DNA of 32,000 bases from Afipia sp. GTDB taxonomy: Bacteria; Pseudomonadota; Alphaproteobacteria; Rhizobiales; Xanthobacteraceae. A model generated the notes under the pieces. The model worked only from the letters and a program-made list of their open reading frames with translations. It made no database searches and was not told where the DNA came from. The first letter of the stretch is position 1; every line of letters begins with the position of its first letter. The position numbers were made by a program, and so were the translations under genes. This document shows, piece by piece, positions 18,164 through 28,957 of this stretch. The stretch covers positions 112,269-144,268 of the forward strand of contig JBQCHK010000027.1 of assembly GCA_051954725.1 (NCBI GenBank), written 5' to 3'.

Positions 18164-19798
18164 ATGCCAGACGCTATCGAGCGGCTGCCGAACGCAGGAT
18201 TTGCCCAAATGCTGAATACGCCTCGCGCCCTTCGCGGCATGGTGACCTCGCCCCATCATCTCGCCAGCGAGGCGGGCCTGCGCGTGCTGCGGGAAGGCGG
18301 CAATGCAGTAGAAGCCACACTGGCGATGGCGGCCAGCCTTCCCGTGGTCTATCCGCACATGAACTCGCTGGGCGGCGACGGTTTCTGGCTGATCTCGGCT
18401 GGCGGCAAGCCGCCAGTCGCGGTCGATGGCTGCGGCGCAGCGGCACGCGCTGCGAGCGTCGACTTTTACCGTTCGAAGGGTTTGTCGGCGATTCCGTCGC
18501 GCGGCCCCCTCGCCGCCAACACCGTCGCGGGCACCTTGTCCGGCTGGGCCGAAGTGCTGGCAATCAACAGCGAGCTTGGCGGCAAGCTGCCGCTGTCGCG
18601 TCTGGTCGAGGATGCTGCCTGGTCCGCGGAGAACGGTTTTGCCGTGACGGCGACCCAGCAGGAATTGACCGAGACCAAGCTGGTCGAGTTGAAAGACAGC
18701 CCCGGCTTCGTGAAAACGTTCCTGTTCGACAGCAAACTGCCGCACGAAGGCGACGTGATGAAGCTGCCGGCACTGGGCAAAACGCTTCGCCACCTTGGCA
18801 AGCAGGGACCGATGGATTTCTACCGGGGCGAACTGGCGAAGGAGATTGCCGCCGATCTCGCGCGCTGCGGTTCGCCAGTTACATTGGACGATCTTGCAGC
18901 TCAGAAAGCACAGCGCCGCGAGGCCCTGACCGTGCGTGCCGCAGGTGCGTCGCTCTATAACTTCCCCGCGCCGACGCAGGGCCTTGCCTCGCTGATGATC
19001 CTCGCGCTGTTCGAACGGCTCGGGGTCAAAAAATGCGAGACCTTCGACTATCTCCATAGCATCGTCGAAGCGACCAAGCAGGCCTTCCTGGTGCGCGACC
19101 GGATCATCACTGACCCGGCGCACATGATCGAAAAGGCGGAGGACTATCTGCAATCCGCAAAGCTCGACGAACTTGCGGCGACGATCGATCGCAAACGCGC
19201 ACTGCCATGGCCCTACCCGGTCAATCCCGGCGACACGGTCTGGCTCGGCGCCATCGACAAGGACGGCACCGCTGTCAGTTTCATCCAGAGCATCTATTTC
19301 GAGTTCGGCTCAGGTTGCGTCCTCGAGAACTCCGGCATTGTCTGGCAGAACCGTGGCTCGAGCTTCGTGCTCGATGGCGACGGACCGCGCTCGCTCCGTC
19401 CGGGCAAGAAGCCGTTCCACACGCTGAACCCGGCGATGGCACTGTTCGACGACGGGCGCCGCATGGTCTACGGCAACATGGGCGGCGAAGGCCAGCCGCA
19501 GAGCCAATCCGCGGTGTTCTCGCGCTATGCGATGTATGGACAAGGCTTGCAGGCCGCCGTCACTGCGCCGCGCTGGCTGCTCGGCAAGACCTGGGGCGAC
19601 GCCACTGTGACGCTGAAACTTGAAAGCCGTTTCGACCCCAAGGTGGTGCAGGCGATGCGCGATGCCGGCCATGACGTCGAGATGCTGCCTGACTTCACCT
19701 CGACCATGGGCCACGCTGGCGCCGTCGTGCGTCATCCCAATGGCATGTTCGAGGGCGCAACCGATCCGCGCAGCGACGGCGCCGCGATGGGCTTCTAG
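18164..19798 (+). CDS. Gamma-glutamyltransferase-family Ntn hydrolase
   Basis: 544 aa; VTSPHHLASEAGLRVLREGGNAVEATLAMAASLPVVYPHMNSLGGDGFWLI..., DKDGTAVSFIQSIYFEFGSG, MGGEGQPQSQSAVFSRY. Confidence 0.87.
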   Translation: MPDAIERLPNAGFAQMLNTPRALRGMVTSPHHLASEAGLRVLREGGNAVEATLAMAASLPVVYPHMNSLGGDGFWLISAGGKPPVAVDGCGAAARAASVDFYRSKGLSAIPSRGPLAANTVAGTLSGWAEVLAINSELGGKLPLSRLVEDAAWSAENGFAVTATQQELTETKLVELKDSPGFVKTFLFDSKLPHEGDVMKLPALGKTLRHLGKQGPMDFYRGELAKEIAADLARCGSPVTLDDLAAQKAQRREALTVRAAGASLYNFPAPTQGLASLMILALFERLGVKKCETFDYLHSIVEATKQAFLVRDRIITDPAHMIEKAEDYLQSAKLDELAATIDRKRALPWPYPVNPGDTVWLGAIDKDGTAVSFIQSIYFEFGSGCVLENSGIVWQNRGSSFVLDGDGPRSLRPGKKPFHTLNPAMALFDDGRRMVYGNMGGEGQPQSQSAVFSRYAMYGQGLQAAVTAPRWLLGKTWGDATVTLKLESRFDPKVVQAMRDAGHDVEMLPDFTSTMGHAGAVVRHPNGMFEGATDPRSDGAAMGF

Positions 19799-20454
19799 CC
19801 CTTCGACGGCAAAACTTTTATCGCTTCGGCACATCGTGCGGTGATCGCGGACCAGTTGCCCGCTCTGATCTCCGCCGCCGGGCAAAGCCATGAGCCACCG
19901 ACGGCCAGCACATTCGGCTCCGCCAGCCACGCCGCGGCGTTCGCTGCGCCGATGCCGCCGGTCGGGCAAAAGCGGATTTGCGGAAACGGTCCCGCCAACG
20001 CACGCAACATCGCGATGCCACCTGCCTGTTCGGCCGGAAAGAACTTCAGCACATTGAAACCATGTGCTTGCGCCTGCATGACTTCGGACGCAGTCGCGAC
20101 GCCGGGCAGAAATGGCAGATCACTTTTGGCTAGGGCCTCAAGCAACTCAGGCGTTGAGCCGGGGCTTACCCCAAACTTCGCGCCAAGCGAAACGGCCTGC
20201 GCAAGATCGGCCCGCGTCAGTATGGTGCCAATCCCGACGATCGCATCTGGCACTCCAGCGATAATGGCTTTTGCAGCGTCGACCGCAGCGTCAGTGCGCA
20301 GCGTGATCTCCAGCGTCGCCACACCGCCTGCGACCAACGCCCGAGCCAGCGGCGTGGCGTCCTCCACCCGCTCGATGGTCAGCACCGGAATGACCCGTGC
20401 CTCCATTAGCAATTCAACCACATGCCGGTTACGTGGCGCTTGCTTTCCGGTCAT
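19795..20454 (-). CDS. eda: 2-dehydro-3-deoxy-6-phosphogluconate (KDPG)-type aldolase
   Basis: 219 aa; GGVATLEITLRTDAAV, GIGTILTRADL, KFGVSPGSTPELL, FLPGVATASEVMQA, VLKFFPAEQAGG (Schiff-base Lys), CPTGGIGAANA. Confidence 0.93.
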   Translation of the reverse strand: MTGKQAPRNRHVVELLMEARVIPVLTIERVEDATPLARALVAGGVATLEITLRTDAAVDAAKAIIAGVPDAIVGIGTILTRADLAQAVSLGAKFGVSPGSTPELLEALAKSDLPFLPGVATASEVMQAQAHGFNVLKFFPAEQAGGIAMLRALAGPFPQIRFCPTGGIGAANAAAWLAEPNVLAVGGSWLCPAAEIRAGNWSAITARCAEAIKVLPSKG

Positions 20455-21371
20455 GACAATCGCTCCATGATCCCCGAGGGCATCGCATCGCGTGGAACGA
20501 TCGCGCCACGATATCCCACGACAATTCCGGCCAGCCGATGCCCTGCCCGCGCGGCCTCCACAGGCGAATGTCCCATCAGCCTCGCGGCGAGATAGGCTGC
20601 GGCGAAGCTATCGCCCGCTGCGGTCGTATCCACAACCTGCGAAACTGGGCGGGCCTCGACGCGATGCTCCGCGCCGCTCGCACGCACGATGCAGACCGGC
20701 CCGTCAAGCTTGAGCACGGCTTCGTCTGCCTTCAATCGTTTCAGAAAATCCGCTTCGGTTTGCCTGCCATAAAGCGGCGTCAGATCCTCCGTTGAGGCAA
20801 GGACGATATCCGCTAAGCTCAGCATCTCGTCATAGGCACGACGCGCCGCGTCGATCTCCGGCCAGCCACGAGTGCGGAAATTGGTATCGAACGCGATCCG
20901 TGTCTTCCCTGCCTGCGCACGGCCGAGAGCCTCAACGAGCCGCGCGCGACCGGCATCGTCATAAAGCGACAGTGTGATGCCCGACAGATAGATCAGATCA
21001 TAGCCCGCCAACGCCGCGAGCAATTCGCCGGTCTGCGGCAAATCGAGCAACATCCGCGCCGCTGCATTGTCGCGCCAGTAGTAGAACGACCGTTCGCCAC
21101 TCGCTCCGGTCCGGATCGCGTAAAGACCCGGCAGTTTCCCCGCGACGCGGATAACCCGGGACGCGCCAATTCCCTCAGACCGCCAGCCATCCACCATCTC
21201 GTCGCTGAACGGATCATCGCCGAGCGCGGTCACATAATCGACCTGCGCGCCCAGCCGCGCCAGATAGACCGCCGTGTTGAGAGTATCGCCGCCATAAGCC
21301 CGAGAGACCTCGCCCCCGCGCCCCTGCGTTAACTCGATCATGCATTCGCCGATACAGGCAATCGTGGTCAT
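20451..21371 (-). CDS. kdgK: PfkB-family sugar kinase, 2-dehydro-3-deoxygluconokinase-like
   Basis: 306 aa; ACIGECMIELTQ, YGGDTLNTAVYLARLGAQVDYVTALG, FDTNFRTRGWP, VDTTAAGDSFAAAYLAARL. Confidence 0.87.
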   Translation of the reverse strand: MTTIACIGECMIELTQGRGGEVSRAYGGDTLNTAVYLARLGAQVDYVTALGDDPFSDEMVDGWRSEGIGASRVIRVAGKLPGLYAIRTGASGERSFYYWRDNAAARMLLDLPQTGELLAALAGYDLIYLSGITLSLYDDAGRARLVEALGRAQAGKTRIAFDTNFRTRGWPEIDAARRAYDEMLSLADIVLASTEDLTPLYGRQTEADFLKRLKADEAVLKLDGPVCIVRASGAEHRVEARPVSQVVDTTAAGDSFAAAYLAARLMGHSPVEAARAGHRLAGIVVGYRGAIVPRDAMPSGIMERLS

Positions 21372-21388
21372 TCCTGCACCGGCGATGA

Positions 21389-22375
21389 TCAGTTCACGAA
21401 GTTGCCGCCCAGTTCGTCGTCGATATGAATGCGGATGATATCGTCGAAAGTTTTTTCCGCGGTGGTGAATCCGAGCTTGAGCGCACGCTCGGTCACAAAG
21501 TCACGCGGCCATCCGGAGACAATGCCAATAATGGTGGGATCAGGCTCACGCTTGATTCGCGCGGCAACCTTGGGCCCCGCCACCCGCGTCAACGCCGCAA
21601 TCTGCTCGCCGACCGTGGCGGAAAGCCCCGGCATGCTCAATGCGCGCCGAGGGCCAACGGCCTCGGTGTCCATCGAGCCGGCGTGAACCAGAAAGCCGAC
21701 AGCGGAACGCGGCGACGCATGCCAGTGGCGCACATCCTCGGACACCGGAAGCACCGCCTCCCTGCCGGCCAGCGGCTCGCGGATGATGTTGGAGAAGAAC
21801 CCGGAGGCGGCCTTGTTCGGCAGGCCCGGGCGCACACAGATGGTCGGCAACCGAATGCTGATGCCGTCCAGCAGACCCTTGCGGGTATAGTCCGAGATCA
21901 TCAATTCGCCGACTGCCTTCTGGGTGCCGTAGCTGGTCAGCGGGGCGCTGAGGAATTCGTCGCCGATCTTGTCGGGGAACGGCGCCCCGAACACCGCGAT
22001 CGACGATGTAAAAACCAGCCGTGGTTTGTAACCGCCGCCGACTGCGCGGATGGCGTCGATCAGATAGCGGGTGCCGTCGAGATTGATGCGATAGCCTTTG
22101 TCGAAATCCGCCTCGGCTTCGCCGGAAACAATCGCCGCCAGATGAAAGATCACCTCAGGTTTCGAGGCGATTAGTTTCGCCATCGCGCCCGGCTCGGCGA
22201 AATCAGACGCCACAACCTCGATCGGAACAGTAGCATTCTCTGGCTTCTTCGGCGCGACGACGTCCTGCAGAGTCATCCGGGAAATTTCGCGTTTGCCGAG
22301 CCGGCCATCTTTCAAGAGCCGATCGACCAGCTTGCGCCCGACCATGCCGGCCGCACCGAGAACCAGAATATGCAA
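21389..22375 (-). CDS. denD: NAD-dependent epimerase/dehydratase family protein, D-erythronate dehydrogenase (DenD)-like
   Basis: 328 aa; Rossmann GAAGMVGRKL, SYGTQKAVGELMISDYTRKG, RLPTICVRPGLPNKAASGFFSNIIREPLAG. Substrate not provable. Confidence 0.7.
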   Translation of the reverse strand: MHILVLGAAGMVGRKLVDRLLKDGRLGKREISRMTLQDVVAPKKPENATVPIEVVASDFAEPGAMAKLIASKPEVIFHLAAIVSGEAEADFDKGYRINLDGTRYLIDAIRAVGGGYKPRLVFTSSIAVFGAPFPDKIGDEFLSAPLTSYGTQKAVGELMISDYTRKGLLDGISIRLPTICVRPGLPNKAASGFFSNIIREPLAGREAVLPVSEDVRHWHASPRSAVGFLVHAGSMDTEAVGPRRALSMPGLSATVGEQIAALTRVAGPKVAARIKREPDPTIIGIVSGWPRDFVTERALKLGFTTAEKTFDDIIRIHIDDELGGNFVN

Positions 22376-22408
22376 AGCAGTTGTCCTTTCGTCGCCTGAT
22401 TGACGCTT

Positions 22409-23314
22409 CTATTCCTTCACCGCGCCGGTCATTGCCGACACATAGTGCTCAACGAAGAAAGCATACAGGATCACCAGCGGCAGGGAGCCGACCAGCGCGC
22501 CGGCCATCAGCGAGCCCCATTTGTAGATATCACCGTCCACGAATTCGTTGACGATCGCCACCGGCACCGTCTTGTTCTGCGTCGATTGCAGGAACGTCAG
22601 CGCATAGATGAATTCGTTCCAGCACAGCGTGAACGAGAAGATAAAGGCGGAGATCAGACCCGGCACCGCCAGCGGCAGGATGATCTTGACCAGAATCTGC
22701 CAGCGCGATGCGCCGTCGATCAGCGCACATTCTTCAAGCTCATAGGGAATGGTCTTGAAATATCCCATCAGAAGCCAGGTCGAGAACGGGATCAGCAGCG
22801 TCGGATAGACGAGGATCAGCGCCAGCGGAGAATCGAACAGCCCATAAGCCTGAATCACCGACGCCAGCGGAATGAACAGGATCGACGGCGGAACGAGGTA
22901 GGCCAGAAAGATCAGGCCGCCGACGGTTTGCGCGCCCTTGAAGCGCAGCCGCACCAGCGCGTAGGCCGCAAGTACGCTGGCAACGATCGATAGAAACGTC
23001 GCCGCGGTCGCCACATACATCGTATTCCAAAGCCAGCGCGGATACTGGGTCTCGAACAGCAATTTCTCGATGTGCTTCAACGTCGGATGAACAACCCAGA
23101 ACGGATTGTAGGTGTTCATATCGATGAGCTGTTCGTCCGGTTTGATCGCCGTCAGCGCCATCCAGTAGAATGGAAACAGCAGGATAACGACCAGAATAAA
23201 CAGCGGAATATAGAGCGTGACCAAGCGGTTCAGCGGCGTTTCGAGGTAGCTCATGCCTTCGGTGTTGTCGCTGGCCGAAAGGGCCGCCGGCGGCTGTGCG
23301 GTATGGTCAGTCAT
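22409..23314 (-). CDS. Carbohydrate ABC transporter permease (MalG/UgpE-type)
   Basis: 301 aa, multiple TM segments, EAA loop CALIDGASRWQILVKIILPLAVPGLISAFIFSFTLCWNEF. Confidence 0.92.
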   Translation of the reverse strand: MTDHTAQPPAALSASDNTEGMSYLETPLNRLVTLYIPLFILVVILLFPFYWMALTAIKPDEQLIDMNTYNPFWVVHPTLKHIEKLLFETQYPRWLWNTMYVATAATFLSIVASVLAAYALVRLRFKGAQTVGGLIFLAYLVPPSILFIPLASVIQAYGLFDSPLALILVYPTLLIPFSTWLLMGYFKTIPYELEECALIDGASRWQILVKIILPLAVPGLISAFIFSFTLCWNEFIYALTFLQSTQNKTVPVAIVNEFVDGDIYKWGSLMAGALVGSLPLVILYAFFVEHYVSAMTGAVKE

Positions 23315-24266
23315 TGTCGTTTCCTTGCTGCCATTTGCGCCGCTGCATGCCGAACCATGAAATCGTGATCGCCGCCAGCAGGAACGGGATCATCGCCGTG
23401 GCGATCGCCGCCCCCTCCCCGAGCCGTCCGCTGAGGATGCCGCGCTGGTAGCTGAGCGTTGCCATCAGATGCGTGGCGTTGACCGGGCCGCCACGGGTCA
23501 GAGCCCAGATCAGCTGGAAGTCGGTGAAGGTGAACAGGACCGAGAACGTCATCACCACCGCGATGATCGGCGTCAGCAGCGGATAGGTGATAAAGCGGAA
23601 GCGCTGCCAGTTGGTCGCGCCGTCGAGGGTCGCCGCCTCGTAAAGCGACGGCGAAACAGTCTGCAGGCCGGCAAGCAGCGTAATCGCGACGAACGGCACG
23701 CCTCGCCAGATATTGGCGATGATCACGCTGACGCGCGCCCACGTAGTATCGCCCAGAAAGTTGATGTTGTGGTCGATCAACCCCAGCTTGATGAGAGACC
23801 ATGAGATGATCGAAAACTGCGAGTCATAGATCCACCAGAACGCGATGGCCGACAGCACCGTCGGCACGATGAACGGGATCAGCACCGCAGCACGGATAAA
23901 TGCCTTGAACGGCATGTTGCGATTGAGCAGGAGCGCCAGGTAAAGCCCAAGCGCGAATTTCACCGCACTGGCAACCGTCGTGTAGAGCAGCGTGTTGACG
24001 ACCGACAACCAGAAGACACTGTCGTCCCAGAGCCATTGATAATTTTCAAGGCCGACGAAAACACCGCCCCGGCCGATCCGCATGTCGGTGAAACTCATCC
24101 AGACGCCGAGACCCAGCGGATAAGCGAGAAACAGAAGCAGGAACGCCCCCGCAGGCAGCATGAACCAGAGCGCGATGAAATTGCGGTTCGTGGCCAGCCG
24201 CTGCCGGAAGGACAGCGAACTGACGTAGGTTTTCGATGCGGGCATCGAGGCCGGGATCGTGCTCAT
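23307..24266 (-). CDS. Sugar ABC transporter permease (MalF/UgpA-type)
   Basis: 319 aa, TM-rich, EAA loop EAATLDGATNWQRFRFITYPLLTPIIAVVMTFSVLFTFTDFQLIWALTRGGPVNATH; overlaps the next gene by 8 nt. Confidence 0.92.
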   Translation of the reverse strand: MSTIPASMPASKTYVSSLSFRQRLATNRNFIALWFMLPAGAFLLLFLAYPLGLGVWMSFTDMRIGRGGVFVGLENYQWLWDDSVFWLSVVNTLLYTTVASAVKFALGLYLALLLNRNMPFKAFIRAAVLIPFIVPTVLSAIAFWWIYDSQFSIISWSLIKLGLIDHNINFLGDTTWARVSVIIANIWRGVPFVAITLLAGLQTVSPSLYEAATLDGATNWQRFRFITYPLLTPIIAVVMTFSVLFTFTDFQLIWALTRGGPVNATHLMATLSYQRGILSGRLGEGAAIATAMIPFLLAAITISWFGMQRRKWQQGNDND

Positions 24267-24332
24267 GGGCCGAACCTTCTGCGAAAGAGAACGCCGGCGC
24301 GGTGAGAGGGCCGCGCCGGCGACAATGCGTGC

Positions 24333-25658
24333 TTACGAACGATAGAGGCGCTTGGCCTGCCGTTCGGCGTTGGCGATCGCGCCCTTGATATCCTCGCGTC
24401 CCGTGCAGTAGTTCGCAAACAGGTCGACGACGATGAAGTCGGCGATGGCCGCTGCGGCGTTCTCGCCCAGCGTGCCGCGACCTGCAGGCGTCAGCGTCCG
24501 CTTGGCGACATCGCGATACGGCGTGCGCTTCGGGTCCGACGTCCAGATCGGATTGGCGTCATAAGCGTTGAGGAAGTGCGACAGATAGCCCTGCGCCGCC
24601 GACACCCACGGGTTGAACTGATCGGCCTCGAGCATGAACGCGGTAAGCGCCTTACACGCCTGCGGATACTTCGTGAAGTTGAAGGTCAGCATCGTGAACG
24701 GCAGATGCAGCTCGGTCGGCTTGCCGGCCGGACCGATCGGCATATAGGCATGGTTCATGTCTTCGGCGATCGCCTTGTTCTCCTTCTGCGCCGCCACGTA
24801 CACCGAGATGCCGTTGACGGTCAGATGGAGCTGGCCGGCCAGGAACGCCTTGTTGTTCGAACTGTCGTTCCACGACGCCGTGCCGGGAATGAAGGTGCCA
24901 TAAAGCTCCTTGATGTATTCCAGCGCCTTCGCCGTTTCTGGCGAGTTGATGATCACCTTGTTGTTCTCATCGACAAGGTAGGCGTTGTGGGTCCACAGCG
25001 CCCAGTGCAGCCAGGTGTTGGCGTCGCCCGACGCGTGACCGACCGCCATACCCGCCGGCGTGTTGTTCTTCTGCAGAGCCTTGCAGAGTTCAAGGAAGCT
25101 CTTGGTGTCCTTCGGAAACTCCTTGAAGCCGGCCTTTTCCATCGAGCTGATGCGATAGTTGATCAGCGCACCGGTGCAGGCGACCGGAATGCCGATCCAC
25201 TTGTTGCCCTTCTTGCCATAAGCGCCAGCCGACGGCGCCCATCCGCCGTACTTGCCACCGAGATAATCGGCAATATCGGTCACGTCGGTGCACTTCTCGG
25301 GGAAAAGATGCGGCAGCGAATAGAGGCCCCACACCATGTCGAGGCCCTGCCCGGTGTTGGCCGCAACCGACGCCTTGGGCTGAATGTCGTCATAGGATTC
25401 GTTGGAGACGTTCACCTCAACGCCCGTGGCCTTGGTGAAGGCCTGGATCATCGCCATGAAGGCCTGGTCCTCGGCTTCGACGAAACGCTTCCAGCGCAGC
25501 AGATTGATCTTGGCGCCGGCTTCCGGCTTCCACTTCGCGGTCTGGGCCCAGGCCTTGGCGAAGCCCAGCAACTGGTCGGTCGTCAGCGTCGCGGCACCAG
25601 CCAGCACGGCGGCGCCACCTTTCAGCAACGAGCGACGGTCCGGAGTAAAGCTCTTCAT
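24333..25658 (-). CDS. Family-1-like extracellular sugar-binding protein, probable Tat substrate
   Basis: 441 aa; N-terminus MKSFTPDRRSLLKGGAAVLAGAATLTTDQLLGFAKAWAQTAKW; solute-binding protein body, next to permease genes. Confidence 0.9.
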   Translation of the reverse strand: MKSFTPDRRSLLKGGAAVLAGAATLTTDQLLGFAKAWAQTAKWKPEAGAKINLLRWKRFVEAEDQAFMAMIQAFTKATGVEVNVSNESYDDIQPKASVAANTGQGLDMVWGLYSLPHLFPEKCTDVTDIADYLGGKYGGWAPSAGAYGKKGNKWIGIPVACTGALINYRISSMEKAGFKEFPKDTKSFLELCKALQKNNTPAGMAVGHASGDANTWLHWALWTHNAYLVDENNKVIINSPETAKALEYIKELYGTFIPGTASWNDSSNNKAFLAGQLHLTVNGISVYVAAQKENKAIAEDMNHAYMPIGPAGKPTELHLPFTMLTFNFTKYPQACKALTAFMLEADQFNPWVSAAQGYLSHFLNAYDANPIWTSDPKRTPYRDVAKRTLTPAGRGTLGENAAAAIADFIVVDLFANYCTGREDIKGAIANAERQAKRLYRS

Positions 25659-25760
25659 GGTATGTCTTCTCCCTGTTTCGCCGGTTCTTTATGATTGACC
25701 GGCTAATTCACTGTAGTTGCGCGTAATTGTAGTGGAACGAGGCCCGCGCCCGGATCAATC

Positions 25761-26828
<1,068 letters not shown>

Positions 26829-27080
26829 ACATCACTCCCCTTAGAAGCGGCCTCGTCCGGCGCAAGCCGTCGCTGCTCTTGGATTATTTACCGGATGTTA
26901 CGCGGCTTCCCGCTCCGGTTATTCGGACGGCAGGAAACCATACCCGCGTTCGCGCCGCAATATCCCTGGCGGAAAGTTGTATGATGACCTGACCGGTGAG
27001 ATTGCGTGCTCCAAACCGGCATGCGAACATTACGATGCGTGCAACACCCGATGATCCGTGTGCACTGCGGGAGAAAAATT

Positions 27081-28892
27081 GTGAATAAAAGCGGCACCCC
27101 CGACACGACCAAGCGCAAACTTCGTTCCGAACTCTGGTTCAACAATCCTGACAATCCGGGCATGACCGCGCTCTATCTCGAGCGGTATCTGAACTATGGA
27201 CTGACACGTCAGGAACTGCAGTCCGGCAAACCGATCATCGGTATCGCCCAGACCGGCAACGACCTCTCACCTTGCAACCGGCATCACATCGAACTCGCGC
27301 ATCGCGTGCGCGAGGGCATTCGCGAGGCTGGCGGCATCGCGATGGAATTTCCGACCCACCCGATTCAGGAAACCGGCAAGCGCCCGACTGCGGCGCTCGA
27401 CCGCAACCTTGCGTACCTCAGCCTCGTGGAAGTCCTGTTCGGCTATCCGCTCGATGGCGTGGTGCTGACCACCGGTTGCGACAAGACGACGCCCGCCTGC
27501 ATGATGGCGGCAGCCACGGTGAATATTCCGGCGATCGTGCTGTCGGGCGGGCCGATGCTCAACGGCTGGTTCAAGGGCGAGCGCACCGGTTCGGGCACCG
27601 TGGTCTGGAAAGCGCGGGAGGATCTTGCTGCCGGTAAAATCGACTACGAGCAGTTCATGGAGATTGTCGCATCGTCCGCACCGTCGGTCGGACACTGCAA
27701 TACCATGGGCACCGCCTCGACGATGAACTCGCTGGCTGAAGCGCTCGGATTCTCACTCCCGGGCTGCGCGGCGATCCCCGCGCCCTATCGCGAGCGCGGC
27801 CAGATCGCCTATGAAACCGGCAAACGCGCCGTCGAAATGGTGTGGGAAGATCTCAAGCCATCCGACATCCTGACCCGCAAGGCGTTCGAGAACTGCATCG
27901 TGGTCAACTCGGCGATCGGCGGATCGACCAACGCGCCGATCCATATCAATGCGCTGGCACGACACATCGGCGTCGAACTCTCGATCGACGACTGGCAGAA
28001 ATTCGGCCACGACGTGCCGCTGCTGGTCAACATGCAGCCCGCCGGCTTTTATCTCGGCGAGGAATACCACCGCGCTGGCGGCGTGCCCGCAGTGATCCGC
28101 GAGCTGATGAAGCACAAGCGCATCCATGAGGATGCCCTCACCGCCAACGGCCGCACCATGGGTGAGAACTGCCGTAATGCTCCCACGCCGGACAATGACG
28201 TGATCTGGGCTTACGACAAGCCGCTGGTGAAGGATGCCGGCTTCGTGGTTCTGCGCGGCAACCTGTTCGATTCCGCGATCATGAAGACCAGCGTGATCTC
28301 GAAGGAATTCCGCGATCGCTATCTGTCGGATCCGAAGAGTCCCAACGCCTTCGAGGGCCGGGCCATTGTTTTCGAGGGTCCAGAGGACTATCACCATCGC
28401 ATCGACGATCCATCGCTGAACATCGACGAACATTGCATGCTGTTCGTGCGCGGCGTCGGACCCATCGGCTACCCCGGTGGCGCTGAGGTCGTGAACATGC
28501 AGCCGCCGGCGGCGTTGATCAAAAAAGGCATCACCTCACTGCCCTGCATCGGCGATGGCCGGCAGTCCGGGACCTCGGGCTCTCCGTCCATTCTCAATGC
28601 CTCGCCGGAAGCTGCCGCCAACGGCGGCCTCGCCATCCTGCGTACCGGCGACCGCGTGCGCATCGACCTCAACAAGGGCGAAGCGAACATCCTGATCTCG
28701 GACGAGGAGGTGAAAGCGCGCCACGCCGAACTCATGGCAAAGGGCGGCTTCCCTCACCCGAAGAACCAGACGCCATGGCAGGAGCTTTACCGCGACACGG
28801 TCGGTCAGCACGCCACCGGTGCGTGCCTCGAACTGGCGACGCGCTATCGCAACATCGCCGGCACCATCGGCGTCGCCCGCGACAATCACTGA
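27081..28892 (+). CDS. IlvD/Edd family sugar-acid dehydratase (L-arabonate/D-xylonate dehydratase-like)
   Basis: Track ORF starts 27006; GTG 27081 gives [46 protein letters not shown]. Cluster-ligand cysteine motifs [16 protein letters not shown] and [20 protein letters not shown]. Confidence 0.9.
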   Translation: MNKSGTPDTTKRKLRSELWFNNPDNPGMTALYLERYLNYGLTRQELQSGKPIIGIAQTGNDLSPCNRHHIELAHRVREGIREAGGIAMEFPTHPIQETGKRPTAALDRNLAYLSLVEVLFGYPLDGVVLTTGCDKTTPACMMAAATVNIPAIVLSGGPMLNGWFKGERTGSGTVVWKAREDLAAGKIDYEQFMEIVASSAPSVGHCNTMGTASTMNSLAEALGFSLPGCAAIPAPYRERGQIAYETGKRAVEMVWEDLKPSDILTRKAFENCIVVNSAIGGSTNAPIHINALARHIGVELSIDDWQKFGHDVPLLVNMQPAGFYLGEEYHRAGGVPAVIRELMKHKRIHEDALTANGRTMGENCRNAPTPDNDVIWAYDKPLVKDAGFVVLRGNLFDSAIMKTSVISKEFRDRYLSDPKSPNAFEGRAIVFEGPEDYHHRIDDPSLNIDEHCMLFVRGVGPIGYPGGAEVVNMQPPAALIKKGITSLPCIGDGRQSGTSGSPSILNASPEAAANGGLAILRTGDRVRIDLNKGEANILISDEEVKARHAELMAKGGFPHPKNQTPWQELYRDTVGQHATGACLELATRYRNIAGTIGVARDNH

Positions 28893-28896
28893 ACGC

Positions 28897-28927
28897 CTGC
28901 CCCGGACGCAGCACTGCTCCGGGGCAG
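28897..28927 (+). repeat. Inter-cistronic inverted repeat (hairpin) between dehydratase and SDR
   Basis: CTGCCCCGGA ... TCCGGGGCAG, 10-bp perfect arms with inner GCAG-CA-CTGC extension; no downstream T-run. Confidence 0.7.
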
Positions 28928-28957
28928 CCCGCCATAAGACAATCGCAAGGACCACAC

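Noticed and set aside
28775-28957. N-terminal extension of the first SDR
   Set aside because: It overlaps the 3' end of the dehydratase and spans the hairpin. The Rossmann domain begins right after ATG 28958.
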